A stretch of DNA of 64,000 nucleotides from a virus (IMGVR_UViG_3300032298_001038:32001-96000); one strand, 5' to 3'; shown: positions 27,937 to 35,243, counted from the first letter of the stretch. The notes: generated from the letters alone by a model not told the origin. Program-made: numbers and translations.

Positions 27937-28356
27937 CTACTCGTCGACGGGGCGCAGGTGCGAGTCCTGCGTCCGGGCGTAGTTCCACACGGCGTAGATC
28001 ACGTCGCGCACGGCGACGGTGCCCATCGCCACGCCCTTGAGGCGGTCGCGGCCGAGGAAGCGCGTGAGGCGCTTCGAAAAGGCCTCACCGCCCACCTGCA
28101 TGTCGCAGGCGAGGAGCAGTTCGAGGTCGGCCCGCGCCGCCTTCTCGGCGAGCAGGTCCCTGCACTGCTCGTCCGACATCGGCCCGTGCTCAGCGCGCAA
28201 GGCGTTGAAGCGCTCCTGCTCAGCCTTGAGGGCGAGCAGGCGAGCGGCGTGGTCCTGCTCGTTCTTGCGCTTCTTCTCAATCTGCGCGGCGGTCTTCGGC
28301 CGCTTGGTCTTGGTCGCCGTCGTGCCGTCCTTCTTGCCCTTGGTGTCCTTGGACAT
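27937..28356 (-). CDS. Cassette gene: hypothetical protein
   Basis: Start refined to MSKDTKG (GGAG RBS); strongly G/C-ending codons. Confidence 0.75.
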   Translation of the reverse strand: MSKDTKGKKDGTTATKTKRPKTAAQIEKKRKNEQDHAARLLALKAEQERFNALRAEHGPMSDEQCRDLLAEKAARADLELLLACDMQVGGEAFSKRLTRFLGRDRLKGVAMGTVAVRDVIYAVWNYARTQDSHLRPVDE

Positions 28357-28457
28357 GATCACGTCTCCTACCCCGTCGGTGCAAGCGTACGAATCACCGA
28401 TGACAACCAACCCACTGTTATTAACCCTGTGTTAACAACAATCGGTACGCTTAATTA

Positions 28458-28485
28458 ATATGCCCGCATACGCGCAGATATTTAG
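28458..28485 (-). promoter_or_regulatory. Phage promoter CTAAAT-N16-GCATAT
   Basis: Exact motif, 16-nt spacer. Confidence 0.75.
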
Positions 28486-28596
28486 TTGGGCTTTGATATC
28501 TAAAAAGCAGGCACAGCGGGCGGGCTTGCGCCCGCCACACCATGCCTGCTTCGTCGCGGGGTAGGGCGCACGATCGACGCGCCCTACCCCGCTCAC

Positions 28597-29178
28597 TCAC
28601 AGCGTGAGCGCGGCAGCCGGGGTGCGGCTGGCCGGCGCCTCGCGCAGGCCGACGTAGGCCAGCGTGAACGCGAGCGCCGCGATGACCGCGATCCACAGCA
28701 TGCCGACCACGCTGGCGCTGCCCGGCGCACCGGTGCAGACCCAAGCGCCGCCGCCGATGCTCACGTACTCGTTGCCACTGAGCGTGGCGGTCGAGTACAG
28801 GAACCCGGGCTGCACGTCAGCACCCACGGTGCGAACGATCACCGCGTCGCTGGTGGCGCCGAGGACACCACCGTCACGGCTGTCCCACGCCACGTTGGAC
28901 GTGGTGAACTCCGAGGCCGGCGGGGCGACGACCGCCACCACACCAGCCAGCGCCACGAAGGCAACGACCGGGGTGACGATGGACGCCACGATCCGAGGGC
29001 TGCGCTTCGGGGTGCTGCGGAGCGTGTTCGCCGCGGCGTCGCCCGCCGTGTTGAACACCTTGACGACCTGCTCCTTGGTCGTACCCGCCTTGACGACGTT
29101 CTCGACCTTGTTGAACAGGTGCGAGACGCCGTACAGGATAACCGCGGCGGTGGCGGCGAGGGCAATGTAACTGATCAT
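28597..29178 (-). CDS. Cassette gene: membrane protein
   Basis: 193 aa, three hydrophobic segments, AAGGAG RBS. Confidence 0.75.
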   Translation of the reverse strand: MISYIALAATAAVILYGVSHLFNKVENVVKAGTTKEQVVKVFNTAGDAAANTLRSTPKRSPRIVASIVTPVVAFVALAGVVAVVAPPASEFTTSNVAWDSRDGGVLGATSDAVIVRTVGADVQPGFLYSTATLSGNEYVSIGGGAWVCTGAPGSASVVGMLWIAVIAALAFTLAYVGLREAPASRTPAAALTL

Positions 29179-29186
29179 AGAACTGA

Positions 29187-29350
29187 CTCCTTCGAAGGAG
29201 GACTACCAACCAGCCACAGAAACGGTGTGGCGCCGTCGCCCCGCGACAGGGCAAGTCTGTTCCTCACGAGTTGAACGTGAGACCACCGGAGATGTGGGGT
29301 GGTGGTTGCCGCCTACGGCAGAACAGATGCTGGTTTCACTGCTAACCAGC
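29187..29350 (-). promoter_or_regulatory. Highly structured 5' leader with a perfect four-way junction and an SD-sequestering hairpin
   Basis: Four abutting helices 29256-29327 plus three further hairpins; palindrome CTCCTTCGAAGGAG contains the SD. Confidence 0.55.
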
Positions 29351-29360
29351 GGAACACTAG

Positions 29361-29388
29361 ATATGCCCTGTTTTGACCCGGTATTTAG
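29361..29388 (-). promoter_or_regulatory. Phage promoter CTAAAT-N16-GCATAT
   Basis: Exact motif, 16-nt spacer. Confidence 0.75.
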
Positions 29389-29412
29389 CCGGCAGGGCAT
29401 ATCGGGCGTATA

Positions 29413-29577
29413 TCACAGGCCCGAGAGGCCCATGTACACGCCGTAGGCAAAGCAGGCGCAGATGTAAGCGCCCACCGCAACCATCACACACAATGCGATG
29501 TTGCGGACCGTCCGAGTGACGAAGCGGACGGGGAGAACAAGGCCGTAGTAGAGAGCGGCGCAGAAAGCATAGGTCAT
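29413..29577 (-). CDS. Cassette gene: 54-aa membrane protein
   Basis: Not in track; MTYAFCAALYYGLVLPVRFVTRTVRNIALCVMVAVGAYICACFAYGVYMGLSGL*. Confidence 0.65.
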   Translation of the reverse strand: MTYAFCAALYYGLVLPVRFVTRTVRNIALCVMVAVGAYICACFAYGVYMGLSGL

Positions 29578-29677
29578 GGCTTCACCCTTTCAAGGTGACT
29601 ATCTGTGTGTCCCGCATGCAAAGTGCGCACTTTGCTGGTGCCCGGTACGCCCACAGATAACTAGACGCCCGTACTTA

Positions 29678-29705
29678 ATATGCGTGTAAATGCGGGAGTA
29701 TTTAG
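29678..29705 (-). promoter_or_regulatory. Phage promoter CTAAAT-N16-GCATAT
   Basis: Exact motif, 16-nt spacer. Confidence 0.75.
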
Positions 29706-29780
29706 CCTTGATATCTAAACGAACGTGTGGGTGCCCGGGGCGTTAACCCCGGGCATGGCTTCCACACGTCGTTGTTGCGA

Positions 29781-30227
29781 TCACCAGTCGCCGCCGTAGG
29801 CTTTTTCGCTGGCGGCGTACTCGTCGTCGCTCTCGTCGCTCTCGTCGCTCTCGTCGTCGACGAACTCCGCCATCGCAGCGCGGTGTGAGTCGCGGTCGTA
29901 CTCGATGGACTTGTTCCACCGAGCAGAGGACTGCGCCGCGTGATCGCGTGCTGTGCTTTGCACCCGATATACGAGACCCGACAACTCCGGCAGCGCAGCG
30001 TCGAAGAACGCCTGCACGCCGCTGGAGAGCCGGGTCAGGACGTAAACCGGCACGACGACGACCGCGAAGGCGGCCGACATCCAACAGAACTGGAAGGCGT
30101 TGTGGAGCCGGCGGCCGAGCCGCTTCCAGTCCTTTGTCCTCACCATCATGAGGGCCGTCCACACGACACACATGATGACGCCGGTGACAGCGGCGATACC
30201 GTAGAAGAACATTTGCTCAGTGGTCAT
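29781..30227 (-). CDS. Cassette gene: membrane protein with acidic tail
   Basis: Start refined to MTTEQMFF (AAGGAG RBS; the track start lies just inside the transcript leader). Confidence 0.72.
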   Translation of the reverse strand: MTTEQMFFYGIAAVTGVIMCVVWTALMMVRTKDWKRLGRRLHNAFQFCWMSAAFAVVVVPVYVLTRLSSGVQAFFDAALPELSGLVYRVQSTARDHAAQSSARWNKSIEYDRDSHRAAMAEFVDDESDESDESDDEYAASEKAYGGDW

Positions 30228-30323
30228 CTCTCTGCTCCTTACCCCGTGTTGCTGGTGGCTGAAGTTAGCCGCGGCGTACGTTCCGCACAGTCCAACGCGC
30301 AACAGATAATTGGACTGCATTAG

Positions 30324-30351
30324 ATATGCCGCAGAACACGGGAGTATTTAG
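30324..30351 (-). promoter_or_regulatory. Phage promoter CTAAAT-N16-GCATAT
   Basis: Exact motif, 16-nt spacer. Confidence 0.75.
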
Positions 30352-30418
30352 CCCTGATATCTAAACGTGACGTGCACAACCCGGGTGTGACCCCGGGCTA
30401 TACACGTACACGTTGTGA

Positions 30419-30727
30419 TCAGTCGCGGAACAGCGCCTCCGGCGGGAGGTGCTTGCCCGTGACGTTATAGATCACGCCCTCAATGGCGCACTCCAACGCC
30501 GACGCACTGCGGGCGGCGAGGGAGTTGGGTTCCAGTTTCTTGTTAATCAAGAACTGCAACAGTCGCGCCGCCGCGACGATGTCGCGCGGCTGAGTGCCGG
30601 ACCAGTCGCTTTGATGCACGAACGCTTTAATGGCCGAACGCAGACGCTTGAGCGCCGCGTCGCCACCACCGAACAAGTCGTCGGCGCTCCCGAACAGCGA
30701 ATCATCGTTGTCAAACAGGTTAGCCAT
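30419..30727 (-). CDS. Cassette gene: hypothetical protein
   Basis: 102 aa, AAGGAG RBS. Confidence 0.75.
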   Translation of the reverse strand: MANLFDNDDSLFGSADDLFGGGDAALKRLRSAIKAFVHQSDWSGTQPRDIVAAARLLQFLINKKLEPNSLAARSASALECAIEGVIYNVTGKHLPPEALFRD

Positions 30728-30800
30728 GGCTAACTCCTTATCGCGCTACCCCGGACATGGCGTTGTGTTGCTGCGCGAATAACAACACGTGCCTTATTGC

Positions 30801-30828
30801 ATATGCGTGTAAATACCGCGCTATTTAG
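30801..30828 (-). promoter_or_regulatory. Phage promoter CTAAAT-N16-GCATAT
   Basis: Exact motif, 16-nt spacer. Confidence 0.75.
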
Positions 30829-30895
30829 TTGTGATATCTAAACGAGGCGCGAACAGCCGGGGCGTTACCCCCGGCGTCGCGACACCCGTTTACTT

Positions 30896-31003
30896 TCACT
30901 CGCGGTCCTCCGTCTGAGCGGTGAGCATCGCGTCCTCGCACTTCTCACAGCGCTCCTCGTCGATCTCCACCGTCTCCCAACCGCAGCATTCGCAACGGGG
31001 CAT
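30896..31003 (-). CDS. Cassette gene: 35-aa Cys-rich (Zn-binding?) peptide
   Basis: Not in track; GAGGT RBS; MPRCECCGWETVEIDEERCEKCEDAMLTAQTEDRE*. Confidence 0.6.
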   Translation of the reverse strand: MPRCECCGWETVEIDEERCEKCEDAMLTAQTEDRE

Positions 31004-31104
31004 GACACACCTCTTGTGTTTTCGTGCTTCCTCCGGGCACGGCCGGGACTAATGCAAAAGCAGGGAGTCACCCGGGCCGCCAATACGTATCGGCGACTTA
31101 ATAG

Positions 31105-31132
31105 ATATGCCAGAGAAGCCGGCAGAATTTAG
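31105..31132 (-). promoter_or_regulatory. Phage promoter CTAAAT-N16-GCATAT
   Basis: Exact motif; the -35 overlaps the stop codon of the upstream gene. Confidence 0.75.
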
Positions 31133-31779
31133 TCCCACAGCCCTTCGAAGTACTTACCGAAGAGCGTCAACCCGCGCGTTTTTCTGTTTTGCCACGCGGT
31201 ATATCCGTCCTTGTCAAACTTGCCCCGGCGCATGGACTCGTCAAACGAAATGCCGGGTTCGCCGCGGGGTTTATCCGGATTCAAATCAGTGTGAAACTGG
31301 CTTTCGGCTTCGTCGTCCACAATCTGCTCGAACGCCCAGATCATTTCGCCCATCACCCAGTCCCAGCGTTTGTGGGTATTGTTATCTGTATACCCCATGT
31401 TGACCTGCGCGTCGGTCAGGGGTTCGGCGTTGGTGCTTTTGAGTTCGTCTGGCACGTCGTCATCGTCTACCAGAGCCGAACCGTGCTTGGTTTCTTTTAA
31501 CTGCTTGAGCAAGGGCAGGATGATGGGCGCGAGCGTGGAATCCATACCCCACGTGTCGTAATAATCGACGCGGATTCGAACCTTGCGCTTGTACCGTGCG
31601 TCAACCCATTCTTCGATCGCGCGCAGCCAACTAAACCGACGGCGAGCGATACGGTTGACGCGGTCGTACTCGTCGAGGTTAACGCGCTTTTCATTCAAAC
31701 CGTACCGCCAACGCAACAGTTTTTTAACCCAGCGGTAGGGTTGAAACCAGTGGTGGTACGGCCCGATGTAGACTTTCAT
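31129..31779 (-). CDS. Conserved hypothetical phage protein
   Basis: 216 aa; DTWGMDSTLAPIILPLLKQLKETKHG...EMIWAFE...GLTLFGKYFEGLWD pattern familiar from large myoviruses. Confidence 0.75.
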   Translation of the reverse strand: MKVYIGPYHHWFQPYRWVKKLLRWRYGLNEKRVNLDEYDRVNRIARRRFSWLRAIEEWVDARYKRKVRIRVDYYDTWGMDSTLAPIILPLLKQLKETKHGSALVDDDDVPDELKSTNAEPLTDAQVNMGYTDNNTHKRWDWVMGEMIWAFEQIVDDEAESQFHTDLNPDKPRGEPGISFDESMRRGKFDKDGYTAWQNRKTRGLTLFGKYFEGLWD

Positions 31780-32102
31780 GCCGTGGTTCTCTTTTTGGGT
31801 TGTGGTTTAAACCTGTACCAACTGTGCTTGCAGTCTGGACACATCCACTCGCTCACGCCGTCGTAATGCTGCGGGTGGTCATACGAGTATTCGACGCCCA
31901 CAAGCCTGCTGAATTTGTAGGGCGGCGCATAACACTCTCGGATAGACGCCCGGAGTTCGTCGTCAGACTTGTCTTTACACCACTCTTGGGGGCGCAGGAC
32001 ATCGAAGATATCACCGGCACTCCAATCCGAACCGCACTCCGGGCAATTTCCGTGGCTGTCGAGCGGGACTTCGGCGTAGGTGGTTTTGTCGTAGGCGTTC
32101 AT
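31776..32102 (-). CDS. Zn-ribbon protein
   Basis: CPECG...WMCPDC; ATGA overlaps. Confidence 0.72.
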   Translation of the reverse strand: MNAYDKTTYAEVPLDSHGNCPECGSDWSAGDIFDVLRPQEWCKDKSDDELRASIRECYAPPYKFSRLVGVEYSYDHPQHYDGVSEWMCPDCKHSWYRFKPQPKKRTTA

Positions 32103-32344
32103 GCAGAAACTACCTCGTCGGGAAGGATTCGAAACTGGTCGTGGTAGGGTAAGATGCTGAGCGACCGGCCGTTATCCCAGCGCACGCTAATCTGGTGAAA
32201 TTCGCGCGGGCCGTTGAGATTTACATACGTGATTGTGCCTTCCAATCCCACAGGCATGCCGTCTTCAACTGGCTTCCACGTGGAATTGTGGTTAGTCATG
32301 GGCGCAGTTAACTTCACTCGCTGGCCGACTGTGTAGAGTTCCAT
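32099..32344 (-). CDS. DUF4314-like SH3-fold protein
   Basis: VGQRVKL..M...GLEGTI..V...ISVRWDNGRSLSI (from memory). Confidence 0.72.
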   Translation of the reverse strand: MELYTVGQRVKLTAPMTNHNSTWKPVEDGMPVGLEGTITYVNLNGPREFHQISVRWDNGRSLSILPYHDQFRILPDEVVSA

Positions 32345-32545
32345 AATTTGCTTCCGGGTGAAACGTTGTAAAGTTCGCAGAACAGGGACGCCAAATCACC
32401 CACGCTCATGCTGGCGTACTGAGACAGGTCTTCAGTGCGCGCGTGGTTGAGCGTGTTATCGCTGACTTGGATATCTAATTCCCGCATGGCCAGAAGTTCC
32501 GCCAACAGGTCTTGGTTGCGTGGATTCAAAACGGCTCCTGTTTTG

Positions 32546-32914
32546 TTAATTGTTTTCGGCGCGGGATTGCAGAAACGACGAATAGACTTTCGCCGCTGCG
32601 GCGAGTTCTTTTCCCATCGCTTTGACTTCGTCGAGGATGTCACACACTTCCTGCGCGTCGTCGTCTGAAAATTCTTCGATTTCGATCTTGGCTTTGACGA
32701 GCCGGATGTGGGCGCGTGAGCGACGGATAGTCTCAAACTGAACGTCCATGTCGATTTTTTCAAGCGCCTCTGCAATAGCCTTGGCGATCGGATTGCTGTC
32801 CTTGCTCTGCTCGACGAGAGATTCAATGTCTCGCTCGATCTGCCGAAGCCGAATCAGCCCTTCATCGATCAAATCCAAAATCTGTGTGCGCTCGTTATCG
32901 GTGAATTGCATCAT
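32546..32914 (-). CDS. Coiled-coil hypothetical protein
   Basis: 122 aa, GGAGG RBS. Confidence 0.72.
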   Translation of the reverse strand: MMQFTDNERTQILDLIDEGLIRLRQIERDIESLVEQSKDSNPIAKAIAEALEKIDMDVQFETIRRSRAHIRLVKAKIEIEEFSDDDAQEVCDILDEVKAMGKELAAAAKVYSSFLQSRAENN

Positions 32915-32935
32915 GCAACCTCCTGAATAGATATG

Positions 32936-32976
32936 AAAAAACCGGGGCGGGTAGATTGTTGCCTACCCGCCCCGGT
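32936..32976 (-). terminator. Rho-independent terminator closing the repeat-array transcript
   Basis: 14-bp stem ACCGGGGCGGGTAG/CTACCCGCCCCGGT followed by a T run on the minus strand. Confidence 0.85.
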
Positions 32977-32979
32977 CGC

Positions 32980-33703
32980 AGTTTGCCAATGCATGCCTCG
33001 CCGGAACAAGCCTCATCAGGCATCGCCCAGCCTGTCCAAGCCTGCCGCGGATAGCCGAACCACTCCCGGCCTCTCCTCGCCCTGCCTAACCCTGCCTGCC
33101 GAACCGAGCCTGACCCTGCCTCGCGGAGTCAAGCCCTGCCGTGCCTGCCGTGTCTATGCCTCTGCCCGCCGGTCCCGGCCACTCCCGGCCAAGCCCAGCC
33201 TCGCCTGCCGTGTCTATCCCGGCCGGGGCGCTCCCGGCCTTGCCATACCTCGCCTGCCGAGCCTATCTGGCCGCGTCGAGACGAGCCGTGCCTAACCATG
33301 CCTGCCATCCCGCGCCCGTCATACCGCGCCTTGCCACGCCTGTCCGAGCCTGCCGTGTCTAAGCGACACCGATCCTCACCAAAGCATGCCGTGCCTTGCT
33401 CTGCCTGCCTCGCCATGTCGCTGCTCGCGCGTCCACGCCGTGCCTTACCCAGCCTGCCGGTCCAAACCGAACCTTGGCTATCCACACCTCACCGCTCGTC
33501 GCCCCGCCTCGCCGTGCCATGCCTGCCCAGCCCTGTCAAGCCGAGCCATGCCTAGGCATGCCGAACCGAACCGCGTCCAGTCCAAGCCTGCCGCGTCGTG
33601 CCTAGCCGAACCTAGCGTTGCCCTACCAAGCCTGCCGTGTCTATGCAGTTGCAAGCCAATTCTTGCCCATCCCGGCCACGCCTAACCCAGCCTGCCGTGT
33701 CTA
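32980..33703 (-). repeat. Non-coding array of 13 units of tandem NN-GGY pentamers delimited by GGCAGGC (candidate guide-RNA array, VIPR-like)
   Basis: GCCTGCC on plus at 33040, 33094, 33143, 33203, 33252, 33300, 33348, 33403, 33452, 33521, 33586, 33630, 33690; five preceded on minus by TAGACAC; 5-nt periodicity within units. Confidence 0.88.
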
Positions 33704-33721
33704 AATGCTCAGGCTCGATGC

Positions 33722-34207
33722 TCAGGCTCGCGCCACGCGCCGATTGCGCCGGCGTGTGGCGTTGCGGGCTACACGATCCAAAGCAGCGAACACAGGCGTC
33801 AACTCGCGCAGCGATTCGTACTTGCGTCGAACTCGCTGCAACTCGTCAATCGCCTGCTGCAACAACTGTGCGCGCATTTCGGCACTGCTCATCACGTCGG
33901 TGAGTGCACGATAGCCACCACCGCCGCTTTTGCGATCCGAAACGAGCGACACGAACATCGGCATACGAACACTGCCGTTCGGCGTGTCGAGTACTTCGAT
34001 GTTCAACCGGATGATCTTCCTCGCCTGCTCCAATCGAAACTGGTGCGCGGCTTCGGTGTCATCCCATTCAAACTCTGCGTGGAGCGCAGTGTTTTCATCA
34101 CGAGCAAACTCCACAACCGCTTCGGGCGGAACGCGGCCGTCGTGCTCGTTGTAAATCTGCGTCAGTTCTTCCTTGATGGAAGAGATTGCTCTACGGCGTC
34201 TCGCCAT
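33722..34207 (-). CDS. Accessory protein of the Cas7-like/pentamer-array locus, function unknown
   Basis: 161 aa, LHAEFEWDDTEAAHQFRLEQARKIIR motif; lies between the RAMP-like gene and the array. Confidence 0.8.
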   Translation of the reverse strand: MARRRRAISSIKEELTQIYNEHDGRVPPEAVVEFARDENTALHAEFEWDDTEAAHQFRLEQARKIIRLNIEVLDTPNGSVRMPMFVSLVSDRKSGGGGYRALTDVMSSAEMRAQLLQQAIDELQRVRRKYESLRELTPVFAALDRVARNATRRRNRRVARA

Positions 34208-34224
34208 AAGAACTCCTTGTTAAA

Positions 34225-35028
34225 TCAACCCTTCACACACTCGAAATGACCCCAGCCCATACCGCACGAGTTGGGCGAGTCAGCGCGGCCTTCGCCGACG
34301 CCGACCTGCATCCCGGCACGCAGCATGAGGTTGGCGATGTCAGCCGGCGTAAACATGTCGGCGTCGAAGCGCACGCGAACCTTGGCCCGCCACGATTCAA
34401 ACATGGCGCGCACACGAATATCAGCGACGCCGGTCGCATTGCGCACCGTGTGCTCGACGTGCTTCGGCTTGGCGTCCACCAACTTGCCCTTGCCATCCGC
34501 GTACAGATGAATCAGCGGCGTACCCTCGACAGCATCGAAGCCGTCGGCCTCGACGAAGATGGCCTTCTTCGCCTTGGTCTTGTGATAACCCACGACCACG
34601 CAGGAGTCAACCAGCGCGTTTCGCAGGGCACTTGCCGGGATGCCACACCAACCCTTGGTCGAGCGGTGCTGGGCTTCCTTGAAGTTCGCCTCGAAGTCCT
34701 TGGCCTCGCGCTTCTTGCCCTTGGAAGCCGTGGAGCCGGCGGCCTGCTTCTCGCGCATCATCTCGCGTGCCTTCTTGCCGAACGCCAACTGCACGTACGG
34801 CGCCGTGCCGCGGATCACGATCTCCACAGTCTTGAAGTTGGGCGCGGTGATCGTCACGCCCAGCCTTTCGGCGACGGCGATATCGATCTTATTACTCGGG
34901 TCAAGGTGAGTTTCAACGATATCTTTTACGCGCTTACGAAACACGCCATCTTCAATCTTGGATGACTTGGATTGCGCGGTCTTAGTCTTGGTCGCCGTTT
35001 TCTTCGAACCCTTGAGCATCGTTGCCAT
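34225..35028 (-). CDS. Stand-alone Cas7/RAMP-like protein (Vipr-like)
   Basis: beta1 TVEIVIRGTAPY, GIPASALRNAL (cf. RAMP IPGSSLKGAL), WRAKVRVRF, C-terminal G-loop LMLRAGMQVGVGEGR...GMGWGHF. Confidence 0.82.
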   Translation of the reverse strand: MATMLKGSKKTATKTKTAQSKSSKIEDGVFRKRVKDIVETHLDPSNKIDIAVAERLGVTITAPNFKTVEIVIRGTAPYVQLAFGKKAREMMREKQAAGSTASKGKKREAKDFEANFKEAQHRSTKGWCGIPASALRNALVDSCVVVGYHKTKAKKAIFVEADGFDAVEGTPLIHLYADGKGKLVDAKPKHVEHTVRNATGVADIRVRAMFESWRAKVRVRFDADMFTPADIANLMLRAGMQVGVGEGRADSPNSCGMGWGHFECVKG

Positions 35029-35042
35029 GTCTATTCCTTGGT

Positions 35043-35077
35043 AAAAGAAAAACCCACGGCGAAAGTGCCGTGGGTTT
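35043..35077 (-). terminator. Rho-independent terminator ending the tRNA/tmRNA cluster
   Basis: 11-bp stem AAACCCACGGC/GCCGTGGGTTT, T-rich tract on the minus strand. Confidence 0.8.
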
Positions 35078-35088
35078 AAATAACAAAA

Positions 35089-35243
35089 GCGTGCCCCGGG
35101 AATTGCACCCGAGTGGTTTTGGTACTCTAGCCTGCCGTATAACCCCGACAGACAACCGCGTACAATTTTTGACGTCGGTTACGCCGACGTACGTACACGT
35201 ATCATAGAGTAGGTTATCCCAACCAGTTCGCTAGAACGCACGC
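35089..35243 (-). ncRNA. Candidate 155-nt tRNA-like ncRNA of unknown family
   Basis: Acceptor-like stem GCGTGC/GCACGC stacked on T-like arm TCGGG-TGCAATT-CCCGG; long central helix and two hairpins; starts 5 nt after the tmRNA 3' end. Confidence 0.65.

Noticed and set aside
32980-33703. Classical CRISPR array
   Set aside because: No 23-47-nt direct repeats separated by unique spacers; the constant elements are only 3-nt GGY and 7-14-nt delimiters.
32933-33914. Track ORFs over the array (33129..33485 minus; several plus-strand ORFs)
   Set aside because: Low-complexity Arg/Gly/Ala or Pro/Cys translations arise from the 5-nt periodicity, which is incompatible with codon structure; no RBS.
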